64,000 bases of DNA from Myxococcales bacterium. GTDB lineage: Bacteria > Myxococcota_A > Polyangia > Polyangiales > DASUME01. This document shows, one piece after another, positions 1-9,010 of this stretch. The notes beneath the pieces are model-generated. The model made no database searches. It was not told the origin of the DNA and saw only the letters and a program-made list of their open reading frames with translations. Positions within the stretch are counted from its first letter, which is position 1. The number at the start of each line of letters is the position of its first letter. The stretch spans positions 8,544,001 to 8,608,000 of the forward strand of contig JASGJH010000001.1 of NCBI GenBank assembly GCA_047601445.1. Direction: 5' to 3'. The translations under genes and the position numbers were made by a program.

Positions 1-471
1 GTCCGCAAGAGTCGCCTGGCTGGGCGTCCTGGCCTCGAGGTGGTGGCGCAGTTCGAGACGATCATCCCGGATACCAGCGCCGAGATGACGTGGGCGCCCA
101 CCGGGCGGCTCTTCGAGATGTACCTTGCCCGCACAGTGCCACTGCGTATCAAGCAGCACATCCGTCCTTTCGTGGCGGAGCTCTGCCGACGTGCGGGACT
201 GGAGCTCGAGCGCGACAAGGAAGACTTGGTGTTCGCCATCCATCCGGGAGGTCCCAAGATCCTCGATCACATCAAGCAAGAGCTGGGCATCACCGAGCAG
301 CAGATGCACTGGAGTCGCGAGGTGCTCAACGAGCTCGGGAATATGTCGTCCTCCACGATTCCTCACATTTGGAGTCGCATGCTGGAGAGCACGGAGGTGG
401 GAACACACGTAGTCAGCATGGCGTTTGGCCCGGGTCTCACGGCCACCGGTCTCGTGCTGAGAAGGGTCTAG
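1..471 (+). CDS. Type III polyketide synthase (chalcone/stilbene synthase family), C-terminal part, truncated by window edge
   Basis: FAIHPGGPKIL (catalytic His), GNMSSSTI (catalytic Asn), AFGPGLT; frame is open back to base 1. Confidence 0.9.
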   Translation, partial: VRKSRLAGRPGLEVVAQFETIIPDTSAEMTWAPTGRLFEMYLARTVPLRIKQHIRPFVAELCRRAGLELERDKEDLVFAIHPGGPKILDHIKQELGITEQQMHWSREVLNELGNMSSSTIPHIWSRMLESTEVGTHVVSMAFGPGLTATGLVLRRV

Positions 472-473
472 TC

Positions 474-1442
474 ATGGCGCAAAACGTCGCACATTTCGAA
501 TACAACGGAAAACTCGGTTGGGGCTTGGTCTCGGAGGAATTCATCCAGCCCTTTCCCGAATCGTGGGGCTCCACCACGGCCGAAATCATCGCCCACAAGG
601 CTGAAATCCGTGCGCTCGCTGCGTCGCCCGGGAAGGCGTGGGGCGAAAGCATCGCGCTCGAGAGCGTGAACCTACTAAGCCCGATCACGACGCCCTGCCG
701 CATCTACTGCCAGGGCATGAACTACCGATCGCACCTCGAGAGCGCAAACGTCTCGACCAAGGACCGCGGATTCAACACGTTCTTCACCAAGTCCTCGGCA
801 TCCGTCACGGGGCCACGCGGGTCCATCGTGCGCCCGGCGCACGTCCAGCTACTCGACTACGAGCTCGAGCTCGGCCTCGTCATCGGTCGGGAAGTTCGCT
901 CCGAGCAGACGGTCTCGGAGCAAGGGTTGAGTGACGTCGTCGCTGGGTTGGTCATCGGCAACGATGTGTCGGCTCGCTGTGTTCAGCTCACGCAGGTGCA
1001 GTTCTTCAAGGGTAAGAGCTATCGCTCGTTCTGCCCGCTCGGCCCGTATCTCTGCCTGCTCGATGCGGACGAGTATCACTACATCGACAAGCTCGATCTG
1101 CATCTGCGGGTCAACGGCGCGACGCGTCAGAGTGACACGACCGCCAACATGATCTTCAAGCCCGCCGAGACGCTCACCGAGCTGACTCAGTTCGCCGATC
1201 TGCACGTCGGCGACGTGGTGCTCACGGGGACGCCAGGCGGTTGCGCGGTGAAGGCGCCGACCAACAAGGCGCTTCTGTTGGCGGCGAAGCTCATGCCGGA
1301 GGCCATGAAGTGGCGCGTCTTCGTGAAGAAGCAGCTCGCCATTGAAGAGTACTTGCGCCATGGGGACGTCGTGCGCGCGAGCATCGTGAGCAAGGACCGC
1401 CGCATCGACCTCGGCGAGCAGATTCATCAGGTGATGGCCTGA
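474..1442 (+). CDS. Fumarylacetoacetate hydrolase (FAH) family protein
   Basis: ATG 2 nt after PKS stop; CQGMNY, FFTK, DYELEL, NDVSAR, KGKS, TGTPGG motifs. Confidence 0.92.
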   Translation: MAQNVAHFEYNGKLGWGLVSEEFIQPFPESWGSTTAEIIAHKAEIRALAASPGKAWGESIALESVNLLSPITTPCRIYCQGMNYRSHLESANVSTKDRGFNTFFTKSSASVTGPRGSIVRPAHVQLLDYELELGLVIGREVRSEQTVSEQGLSDVVAGLVIGNDVSARCVQLTQVQFFKGKSYRSFCPLGPYLCLLDADEYHYIDKLDLHLRVNGATRQSDTTANMIFKPAETLTELTQFADLHVGDVVLTGTPGGCAVKAPTNKALLLAAKLMPEAMKWRVFVKKQLAIEEYLRHGDVVRASIVSKDRRIDLGEQIHQVMA

Positions 1443-1459
1443 TCCGGGAAGGAGATCGC

Positions 1460-2533
1460 ATGCTGCAGAAAGTCATCCCGTTGAGCGAGCCCAAAGAGGC
1501 AGCGCTCGCGCACGCCACGCGCCTGGTCTACCTGGTGTTCGAGCGTCGAAACCTCGGAGCGCAACAGACCTTCATGGAGGAGTTTGGACTCACGACCCTG
1601 TCGCAGCAGGGACGTACCCTCTACATGGGAGCCCAAGCCGAGTCGTTCTACTGCTACCGCTGTGAGGAGGGGGCGCGGGATGGCTTGCTCGGCTTCGGCC
1701 TCGCCGTCTCGGAGCGCGCCGAGCTCGAGCGTCTCGCGCAGCGCTTCGGGGTTGCGAGCGAGTTCCATGCATGGCCACTTCCGCATGAGAAGATCGTGCT
1801 ACGCGACCCCAACGGGTTGGCCATCGAGGTGCTTTGGATGGCGGGTGACGTTGACCCCAGTCGGGACGCCCGCCCAGCCGCGAGTCCGCGCGGCCGTGGT
1901 GAGGAGATTCGCTTGGTGTCGCGCCCGGCACGGATCCACAAGCTAGGTCACTTGGTGCTCGACGTCTTCCGGTTTCAGGAATCCGTGGCCTGGTATCGGG
2001 AGCTGTTCGGGATGTTGCCGACCGATGTGTTGTGCCTGGACAGCGGCGAGCCAGTCGTGGCGTTCATGCGCTTCGACCGCGGCAGCGCCCTCACCGAGCA
2101 TCACAGCCTGGTCATCAGCTCGAACATTCAGGTCGGCTGCAACCACAGCGCCTACGAGGTTTCCAGCCTGGACGACATGGCGATGGGCCAGCAGGTTCTG
2201 CAGGCGCGTCGTCGTCGGCATGTCTGGGGCATTGGTCGCCACTTGCTCGGCAGTCAGCTCTTCGACTATTGGCGTGATCCGGCGGGTGAAGTCGTCGAGC
2301 ACTACTTCGATAGCGACCGCTACGACGCATCGCGACCCGTCGAGTATCACCGCTTGTCGAGCAGTGGACTCTACCAATGGGGGCCGAACGTGCCGGCCGG
2401 ATTCGGTCTGCCCAAGCTCGACGCCCAGAAGCTGCAGCACCTGTTCAAAGCCGCTTTCGCAGGCGACCTGAAGCTCGGGCGCGTGCTGCGCATGAAGAAG
2501 CAAATGTCCGAACCCGCCAAGGCTTGGCTCTAG
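1460..2533 (+). CDS. Two-domain VOC family protein, extradiol ring-cleavage dioxygenase-like
   Basis: AAGGAG RBS; candidate metal ligands KLGHLVL (H), NHSAYEV (H), VEHYFD (E); WGIGRH and FDYWRDP motifs. Confidence 0.85.
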   Translation: MLQKVIPLSEPKEAALAHATRLVYLVFERRNLGAQQTFMEEFGLTTLSQQGRTLYMGAQAESFYCYRCEEGARDGLLGFGLAVSERAELERLAQRFGVASEFHAWPLPHEKIVLRDPNGLAIEVLWMAGDVDPSRDARPAASPRGRGEEIRLVSRPARIHKLGHLVLDVFRFQESVAWYRELFGMLPTDVLCLDSGEPVVAFMRFDRGSALTEHHSLVISSNIQVGCNHSAYEVSSLDDMAMGQQVLQARRRRHVWGIGRHLLGSQLFDYWRDPAGEVVEHYFDSDRYDASRPVEYHRLSSSGLYQWGPNVPAGFGLPKLDAQKLQHLFKAAFAGDLKLGRVLRMKKQMSEPAKAWL

Positions 2534-2543
2534 GAGCTTCCGT

Positions 2544-4241
2544 ATGAGGTCTCAGGAGACGATCGACGTAGCGATTGTTGGCGCGGGGCCCGTGGGCCTC
2601 ACGCTGTCGGCCAAGCTCGCTCAAATGGGCCTCAAGGTCGTGTGTTACGAGGAGAATCAGGCGCTCTACGCCTTCCCGAGAGCAGTCGGCCTCGACGACG
2701 AGTCACTGCGCGCCTTTCATGGACTGGGCATCGGCGAGCGGGAGCTCGACCCGTGCCTGATGAATTGTGCGGGCATCAAGTACTATGGCGAACATGGGCA
2801 GTTCCTGACCATGATCCACCCCAAGGAGCGGCCCTACGGGCACTTCAAGGGCGCGAGCTTCTACCAGCCATTTCTCGAGAATTTGCTGCTCCAGCGAGCG
2901 TGCGCGCTGGGGGCCAAGGTGCAGTTCGGAGCGCGCGTAGTCGGGCTCGAGCTCAACGGCGACCATGCGCTGCTGATGCTGCAAGGCGAGACGGGAGTTC
3001 GTCACCAAGTTGCGAGCTATGTCGTGGGTTGCGATGGATCTCGAAGCTTCGTTCGCAAAAATCTGCGGATCGGCTTCAAGGGGACGACTTTCGAGCAGCG
3101 TTGGTTGGTGGTGGACACGGCCAACGACGTGTGGCCGGAGCGCTACGCCGAGGTCTGGTGCTCGAGCGCGCGGCCGACCGTGACCATCCCGCGCCGGCAA
3201 GGCTTTCGGCGTTGGGAGTTCATGCTGAAGCCGGGCGAGGATGCTGCGGACTTCGACACGCTGGACAAGATTCGACCGCTCCTCGAACAGCGCGTGCCTG
3301 TCGATCGCATCGAGATTGAGCGCTTCAACGTCTACACGTTTCACTCGCGCGTGGCGGACAGCTATCGTCGCGGACGCGTGTTCTTGGCAGGCGATGCTGC
3401 CCACGTCATTCCGCCCTTCATGGCGCAGGGCATGGCCGCGGGCGTGCGCGATGCGGAGAACCTGGCTTGGAAGCTCGCCGGTGTGATCAAGGGCAGGCTG
3501 CGTGAGCAGGTGCTGGATTCTTACGAGACTGAGCGGCGACCTCACTTGTTGGCGATGGGCAAGCTGTCCGAGCGCGCGGGCGCCTTCATGATGCCGCAGA
3601 GCCGCTTGCGCTCATTGACCAAGGATTTCGTCGTGCGCGCCCTGCATCGTATCCCGGGAGTAGCGAGCGCCGTCGAGGAAGCGCGCATGCGGCCCGACCC
3701 AATTTACCGGGCGGGGCTGTTCTCACGCCAGCCGAGCGACACGTTCGCTGGAAGCATGTTCCCGCAACCGCTGGTGCGCGATACGGCCGGCGTCGACGGT
3801 CTGCTAGACCTCCACCTCGGCGCTGGCTTCTCATTGGTCTGCTATGGCGCCGCCGAACGCCCGCTCCTTGCAGCACTCCAGGAACGGCTCACTAGGCTTG
3901 GTTGTCGTGCGCTACAGATTGCGCCGCAGGGGTTGCACGTGGATCAGCGATTCAAGCGCTTGCCCGATGCGACGCTCGTTGAGGATCGTCATAACGCCAT
4001 CGGTGCGTGGCTGCGGGACCGCGAGGCGTCATGCTTCTTGCTGCGGCCCGATCGCTACGTCATCGCCAGCTTCTCGCTGTATGCGCAAAGCGAGCTCGTG
4101 GCGTGGTTAGATGGAGAGCTGTTGAATCCAGGGCGCGCCGAGCTTTCGCCGCCGCTCGAGCGCGCCGTGCGTGCGGGAAAGTCCCAACCCACAAGCCCCG
4201 GTAACGGCGCCGCGGGTGTGCGCCACACGGCTTCCGTCTGA
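2544..4241 (+). CDS. FAD-dependent aromatic monooxygenase, MhpA / 3-(3-hydroxyphenyl)propionate hydroxylase family
   Basis: GAGPVG, GCDGSRS, GDAAH..P...QG, RDAENLAWKL, C-terminal LRPDRY. Confidence 0.9.
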   Translation: MRSQETIDVAIVGAGPVGLTLSAKLAQMGLKVVCYEENQALYAFPRAVGLDDESLRAFHGLGIGERELDPCLMNCAGIKYYGEHGQFLTMIHPKERPYGHFKGASFYQPFLENLLLQRACALGAKVQFGARVVGLELNGDHALLMLQGETGVRHQVASYVVGCDGSRSFVRKNLRIGFKGTTFEQRWLVVDTANDVWPERYAEVWCSSARPTVTIPRRQGFRRWEFMLKPGEDAADFDTLDKIRPLLEQRVPVDRIEIERFNVYTFHSRVADSYRRGRVFLAGDAAHVIPPFMAQGMAAGVRDAENLAWKLAGVIKGRLREQVLDSYETERRPHLLAMGKLSERAGAFMMPQSRLRSLTKDFVVRALHRIPGVASAVEEARMRPDPIYRAGLFSRQPSDTFAGSMFPQPLVRDTAGVDGLLDLHLGAGFSLVCYGAAERPLLAALQERLTRLGCRALQIAPQGLHVDQRFKRLPDATLVEDRHNAIGAWLRDREASCFLLRPDRYVIASFSLYAQSELVAWLDGELLNPGRAELSPPLERAVRAGKSQPTSPGNGAAGVRHTASV

Positions 4242-4244
4242 CTG

Positions 4245-4420
4245 AGGAAAGGATCTGCGCGCCCGCATGCAACCGGGCCAGAGCGCGGGCTCCGAACACC
4301 TCTTCGGCGAAGAGCAGCCCGGCGGTGCCCTGCTGCTCGGCTCGCGTGCAGAGCGTGTCGACGTCGCGGCAGCCCTCGGCGTCGAGACTTGCCTTGCGGC
4401 CCGCAATCAGCAGTCCTACA
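4245..4420 (-). pseudogene. Possible remnant of the N-terminal domain of a sensor kinase
   Basis: Minus-strand reading VGLLIAGRKASLDAEGCRDVDTLCTRAEQQGTAGLLFAEEVFGARALARL resembles the 'G.GALLIAEEAL' N-termini of some hybrid kinases; no convincing start or downstream domains. Confidence 0.25.
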
Positions 4421-4476
4421 GATTGCGGCTTTGCAGATGGCGGCTCTGAGGGTGGCCGCTCGCGACTCGCTCCGCC

Positions 4477-4971
4477 TCACTTCCCCTTCGTCAGCTGCGC
4501 ATCAAAGATCGTCTGATTATCCGACAGCTGACAATCCCCCGCGCCGCCTCCCGTCATCCCCGAAACCGGATCACGCAGCGAGAACTTACACCGCATGCGC
4601 GTCCCACTCGCCGCCGTCAGATGCGCGAGCACCTGCCCCGAGTACTCCGTCACGAATCCATCCGCGGGCCCCGAGTACCAAGGATTGCCCCACGCCGGAT
4701 CGCCCCAGGCGTTGTAGTAGGGCCCGTACGCGTCCGCGTTCACGGTGGCCGTGGCTTGCAGGAACGTCCCGTTGAACTCGGTGCCATTCGGCAACGTGGC
4801 TTCGATGTTGCCCTGGGTCGGATCCACGCCGCTGTGCCAGAGGAAGGTCACGGGCCCTTCGGCCTTGGTTCCATCTGCCGTCGCGGCCGATTCGAGCGTG
4901 CCCTGGCCGCCGCCGCCGTGCTGACAAGCGCCTAACGCCACGAGCGAGAGAGTGATGCAGGTACGACGCAT
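4477..4971 (-). CDS. Hypothetical lipoprotein
   Basis: AAGGAG RBS; MRRTCITLSLVALGAC lipobox; Y/W/G-rich middle; CxF...G.G.C C-terminal motif. Confidence 0.8.
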   Translation of the reverse strand: MRRTCITLSLVALGACQHGGGGQGTLESAATADGTKAEGPVTFLWHSGVDPTQGNIEATLPNGTEFNGTFLQATATVNADAYGPYYNAWGDPAWGNPWYSGPADGFVTEYSGQVLAHLTAASGTRMRCKFSLRDPVSGMTGGGAGDCQLSDNQTIFDAQLTKGK

Positions 4972-5047
4972 GTGCGGTGCTCCTTTGCGCCTCAAGTGGG
5001 CGCACCTTGTTCGAGCGAACCGAGGTTTCGTTCGATGCGCCAAGAGC

Positions 5048-5063
5048 AGCAAGAACGATGCCC
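5048..5063 (-). promoter_or_regulatory. Putative sigma54 (-24/-12) promoter for the 4477-4971 lipoprotein
   Basis: Minus strand GGGCATCGTTCTTGCT matches TGGCACGNNNNTTGCW with correct GG-N10-GC spacing. Confidence 0.55.
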
Positions 5064-5250
5064 GCACGTGGGCGCACGCTTGCAGCCGCATGCAGCAACG
5101 ATTGCACTTGCTCGTCGAGCTCAACGCAGCCCGCGCTTGATTTCTCTCTGAGCTCAAGCTGCGTGCACGTCAATCCAGTCATAGACCGCAGTCCCACTCG
5201 ATATCTAGTGTCGCACCCGCTTGGCCGCGGCTTATGCGTGGAGGTGCCCG

Positions 5251-6453
5251 ATGTCCTGCGTGGTTTCTCGCGACTCTTCAGCTGACTATCTTGAGCGCTC
5301 ACGCGTCGCACGCTCGCGCTTCGCCTTGGCAGGCTGCTTCGCACTGCTCTTGAGCGCCTGCGCAGCGGAGCCTCCGGCGACTCACAGCACGGGCAACATC
5401 ACCGGTGAAGGCGATGGCGACGGGTCTGGCGAGGGCGATGGCGACGGCGATGGATCCGGTGAAGGCGACGGCGACGGCACTGGCGGTGACGGTGACACGG
5501 GTGACGGCGACGGCCCCGGTGTTCCACTCGATCCTGGCGAGTGCGCGGCCATCCGCAAAGAAGCCCCAGGCAAGGGCGGCGTGGACGTGATCATGTTGCT
5601 CGATACCTCGGGCAGCATGCTGCACGCGACCACGCAGGTGGTGCAGAACCTGAGCAAGTTCATCCAGGACTTCGAGGGCAGCAAGGCCGACCTGCACGTG
5701 GTGATGATCACGGGCTCCGACCCCGCCAACGGCACGCCCGTAGCAGGCGACAAGAGCCGCTATCGCTTCCTCAAGTCCACCGTGGACAGCAAGCAGCTCT
5801 TCACCGTCGCGCTCAACCAGTTCCCGAACTACAAGGACTTCATGCGTCCCAACGCGGCCACGCAATTCGTGATGATCACGGACGACGAGGACGCGATCGA
5901 CCCGGCCATGTTCCGCTCGCAGATGGAGAAGCTGCTGGGACACAAGTTCACCCAGCACGCCATCGCTTCCGAGGACTTCATGGGCACGGCTTGCTACAGC
6001 GAGGCCATCGGCTGCCCGGTGATCCCCGGCGTGCCGCCCATCCCGGCGGTGTGCGGCGCCGCGGCGATCGGCAAGCGCTACTACTCGCTGGCCATGATGA
6101 CTGGCGGCAAGACCATGTCCATCTGCAAGGCAGACTGGCAGCCGGTGTTCGCTGACCTCAAGAACGCTGTGATCGACGCGGTGCCCTTGCCCTGCGACTA
6201 CCCGCTCGCCGACGCCAAGGGCGACGATCCCATCGACCCGCAGAAGGTGCAGATCGTCTACTCCAACAACGGCAAGGACAGCGAGTTCCCGCGCGCCAAG
6301 ACCCGCGACGCCTGCGCCGACAAAGAAGGCTGGTACTACGACAACCCCGATGCACCGGCGGTGATCAGCCTGTGTCCTTCGGCTTGCGCGGCCGTGCAGG
6401 CGGGCGGCTCCATTGATTTAGGCTTTGGGTGCGAACCGCTGATGATCTTCTGA
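5251..6453 (+). CDS. vWA-domain lipoprotein with GD-rich linker and Cys-rich C-terminus
   Basis: GGAGGT RBS; LLLSAC lipobox; MIDAS motif DTSGSM and ITDD; GWYYD...LCP.AC tail. Confidence 0.85.
   Translation: MSCVVSRDSSADYLERSRVARSRFALAGCFALLLSACAAEPPATHSTGNITGEGDGDGSGEGDGDGDGSGEGDGDGTGGDGDTGDGDGPGVPLDPGECAAIRKEAPGKGGVDVIMLLDTSGSMLHATTQVVQNLSKFIQDFEGSKADLHVVMITGSDPANGTPVAGDKSRYRFLKSTVDSKQLFTVALNQFPNYKDFMRPNAATQFVMITDDEDAIDPAMFRSQMEKLLGHKFTQHAIASEDFMGTACYSEAIGCPVIPGVPPIPAVCGAAAIGKRYYSLAMMTGGKTMSICKADWQPVFADLKNAVIDAVPLPCDYPLADAKGDDPIDPQKVQIVYSNNGKDSEFPRAKTRDACADKEGWYYDNPDAPAVISLCPSACAAVQAGGSIDLGFGCEPLMIF
5404..5515 (+). repeat. Coding low-complexity (GEGDGDGS)n / GD repeats
   Basis: Repeated GGCGAC/GGCGAT/GGTGAC codon pairs. 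Confidence 0.8.
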
Positions 6454-6454
6454 G

Positions 6455-6634
6455 CTATTTGCCGAGCGCCTCGCGGGTTGGGATCACCTTGCCATCGCGC
6501 AGGAACTGCACTTCGTCGGCCATGATCATGCGCACGCGCTCGCGCAGGCCGATCGCTTCGAATGCGCTGCGCGAGATGAGGTTGTAGCCGCCGCCGGCGC
6601 GCTTGAGGCCCACTTGGTCGTAGCGCCCAGTCAC
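6455..6634 (-). CDS. Small 59-aa hypothetical protein translationally coupled to amt
   Basis: GTG start overlaps the amt TGA (GTGA) with GAGGGG upstream; VTGRYDQVGLKRAGGGYNLISRSAFEAIGLRERVRMIMADEVQFLRDGKVIPTREALGK; GC3-rich codons. Confidence 0.7.
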   Translation of the reverse strand: MTGRYDQVGLKRAGGGYNLISRSAFEAIGLRERVRMIMADEVQFLRDGKVIPTREALGK

Positions 6635-8052
6635 GTATCGCCCCTCAGGAGCTGCAGCAGCTCGCCTTCGCTGAGGTCCGCGTCGCTCGGCTTGCTGATG
6701 ACTCCGCTGAGGTCGAAGCCCTCGGTCTCTTCGAGCGGTGAGACCCGCAGGCCCACGTAGTGGCGAATCAGGATGAAGAGCGGGATGGAGGTGCCGAGCA
6801 CCCAAATCGCGCACACGGTTAGACCCAGGGCCTGGGCGCCGATCTGATGCAGGCGATCGGTGTGCATCTCCGCGAGCGACTTGCTGCTCGCGAACAGGCC
6901 CGTGGCCAGCGTGCCCCAGAGGCCGCCCCCGAGGTGGACGGGAATGGCTCCCGCTGGGTCATCCAGACGAAAGCGCAGGAGGAGCTCTGCAACCAAGTTG
7001 GCGACGATGCCTGCGACGAAGCCGATCACCATCGCCGATGCGGGCGAGATGATCGAGCAACTCGCGGTCACGCTCACCAGGCCCGCCAGGATGCCATTCA
7101 GGAACTTCACGCTCAGCGCCCGTCGCTGTTGCCAAACCACGCAGTGCACGATGGCCCCTGCGGCGCCGAACGCACCGCCCAGGTTGGTGGTGATGATGAT
7201 CGGGCCTACCTTGTCGTTGACCGCCAGGGTGGAGCCTCCATTGAAGCCCCACCAACACAGCCAAAGCAGCAAGGTGGCGAAAGCGTTCCAGTGCAAGCCC
7301 ATGTTCGGTAGCTCGCGCGCGGTGCCGTCGGGCTTGAAGCGTCCGAGGCGAGGGCCCACCATGATCACGCCCACCAGCGAGACCCAGCCACCCACGGAGT
7401 GCACGACGGTGGAGCCAGCAAAGTCGTAGAATCCACGATCCGCGAGCAGCGCGGCGTTGTCATGGAAGAAGCTCTTGCCCCAAACCCAGTGACCGAGCAC
7501 CGGGTAGATCAGGATGGTGACCGCTGCGGACACCACGGCGTAGGCAGCGAACGAGGTGCGCTCGGCGAGGGCGCCCGACACGATGGTCGCCGCGGTCCCG
7601 GCGAATGCGAGCTGAAAGAGGAAGTGCACGTGCAGATCGAGGCCGCCGTAGTCTCGCGGCAGGGTGCCCTCCAGCATCGCGAAGTCCGTGCCGAATAGGC
7701 CGAGGTAGGAGTGGCCGAACATCACCCCCCAGCCGAGCAGGAAGAAGGCGCCTACCGAGATCACCCAGTCGACCACGTTCTTGAGCGCTGTGATGGTGGC
7801 GGCGCGCGGTTGCACCGAACCCACTTCCAGGCACAGGAAGCCGCACTGCATGAAGAACACCAGGCCCGCTGCGCACAACACCCACACCGAGTCCGCGGCG
7901 CTGCGAGAGGCGAGTTCCTCGGCGTAGCCTTGACTGGGCACGAGTAAGGTGAGGCTACCTACGAGCAGACTGCGCGCCAGGGCGACTCGCCCAGAACACT
8001 CAGGTTGTGAAAAGCCCTTCAAAATGCCGGGCGTCGGCGCGTGACAGACCAT
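6631..8052 (-). CDS. amtB: Ammonium transporter (Amt family); start uncertain
   Basis: FFMQCGF, FQLAFA, HWVWG, DFAGSTVVH, WGFNGGS, DDPAGAIPVH (twin His), LRVS..EE.EGFD tail. Confidence 0.95.
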   Translation of the reverse strand: MVCHAPTPGILKGFSQPECSGRVALARSLLVGSLTLLVPSQGYAEELASRSAADSVWVLCAAGLVFFMQCGFLCLEVGSVQPRAATITALKNVVDWVISVGAFFLLGWGVMFGHSYLGLFGTDFAMLEGTLPRDYGGLDLHVHFLFQLAFAGTAATIVSGALAERTSFAAYAVVSAAVTILIYPVLGHWVWGKSFFHDNAALLADRGFYDFAGSTVVHSVGGWVSLVGVIMVGPRLGRFKPDGTARELPNMGLHWNAFATLLLWLCWWGFNGGSTLAVNDKVGPIIITTNLGGAFGAAGAIVHCVVWQQRRALSVKFLNGILAGLVSVTASCSIISPASAMVIGFVAGIVANLVAELLLRFRLDDPAGAIPVHLGGGLWGTLATGLFASSKSLAEMHTDRLHQIGAQALGLTVCAIWVLGTSIPLFILIRHYVGLRVSPLEETEGFDLSGVISKPSDADLSEGELLQLLRGDT

Positions 8053-8251
8053 CACCGATGATCGAACGGTATCCGATCCGGGGCAGTCAAGAGTGAGTCA
8101 GGTCAGCCCATGCGAAGTAACCTTGGAAGCATGCCGGAAGCCTGAGTTTCAGGGAGTCTTTCAGTGATCTCAGGAGAGGAGACGTGTGCGCGGTGCGCGC
8201 CTCGACGCCGTTGCTCCCACCCCTGAAAGGAGGCCGCGTGTGCTGCCCGGT

Positions 8252-9010
8252 TCAGCGTCCCACGAGTCGATCGAGATCGACCTGCGCCGCCTCGAGCGCC
8301 TTTTGCTGCAGCCGCGTCAGCTCGCGGATGCCCTCGAGGCCGAGGTCCACCAGCGCGTCGAGCTCCGCGCGGCGCATGGGCGCGCCCTCGGCCGTGCCTT
8401 GCACTTCGATGAGCTCGCCTTCGGCGTTGCCCACCACGTTCAGGTCCACCTGCGCTCGACTGTCTTCCACGTAAGGCAAGTCGAGCACGGCGCGTCCATC
8501 GATGAGCCCCACGCTCACGGCCGCCACCGGTGAGCGCAGCACGCCGGGCTTGATCAGGCCCTTTACCAGCAGCTTGTCGAGCGCGATGGCCACCGCCACC
8601 GTGCCGCCCGTGATGCTCGCAGTGCGTGTTCCGCCGTCAGCGTCGAGCACGTCGCAGTCGAGGGTGAGCGTGCGCTCGCCGAGCTTGTCCATGTGCACCG
8701 AGGCACGCAGGGAGCGCCCGATCAAGCGCTGAATCTCCTGGCTGCGTCCGTCGATCTTGTCGCCTCCGGTGCGCTTCTGGCGACGGTCCGGGTTGGCGCG
8801 CGGGTGCATGGCGTACTCCGCGGTGACCCAACCCGTGCCCTTGCCCTCCAGAAACGGCGGCACCTTCTCTTCCAGCGAACAGGCGATGAGCACGCTGGTA
8901 TTGCCGCTGCGATAGAGCAGGGAACCTTCGGGGTTCCGCTGGGCTCCGAGCTCGAAAGACGTGGGGCGCAGGGCGTGGTCGGGACGGCCGTCAGGTCGCT
9001 TCGGTGGCAT
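8252..9010 (-). CDS. rph: Ribonuclease PH
   Basis: [51 protein letters not shown]. Confidence 0.97.
   Translation of the reverse strand: MPPKRPDGRPDHALRPTSFELGAQRNPEGSLLYRSGNTSVLIACSLEEKVPPFLEGKGTGWVTAEYAMHPRANPDRRQKRTGGDKIDGRSQEIQRLIGRSLRASVHMDKLGERTLTLDCDVLDADGGTRTASITGGTVAVAIALDKLLVKGLIKPGVLRSPVAAVSVGLIDGRAVLDLPYVEDSRAQVDLNVVGNAEGELIEVQGTAEGAPMRRAELDALVDLGLEGIRELTRLQQKALEAAQVDLDRLVGR

Noticed and set aside
90..473. N-terminal extension of the 450-aa ORF
   Set aside because: Overlaps the PKS in another frame; FAH-like sequence starts at ATG 474.
8056..8250. Sigma54/NtrC promoter for amt
   Set aside because: GGCA is present on the minus strand but there is no TTGC at the required spacing.
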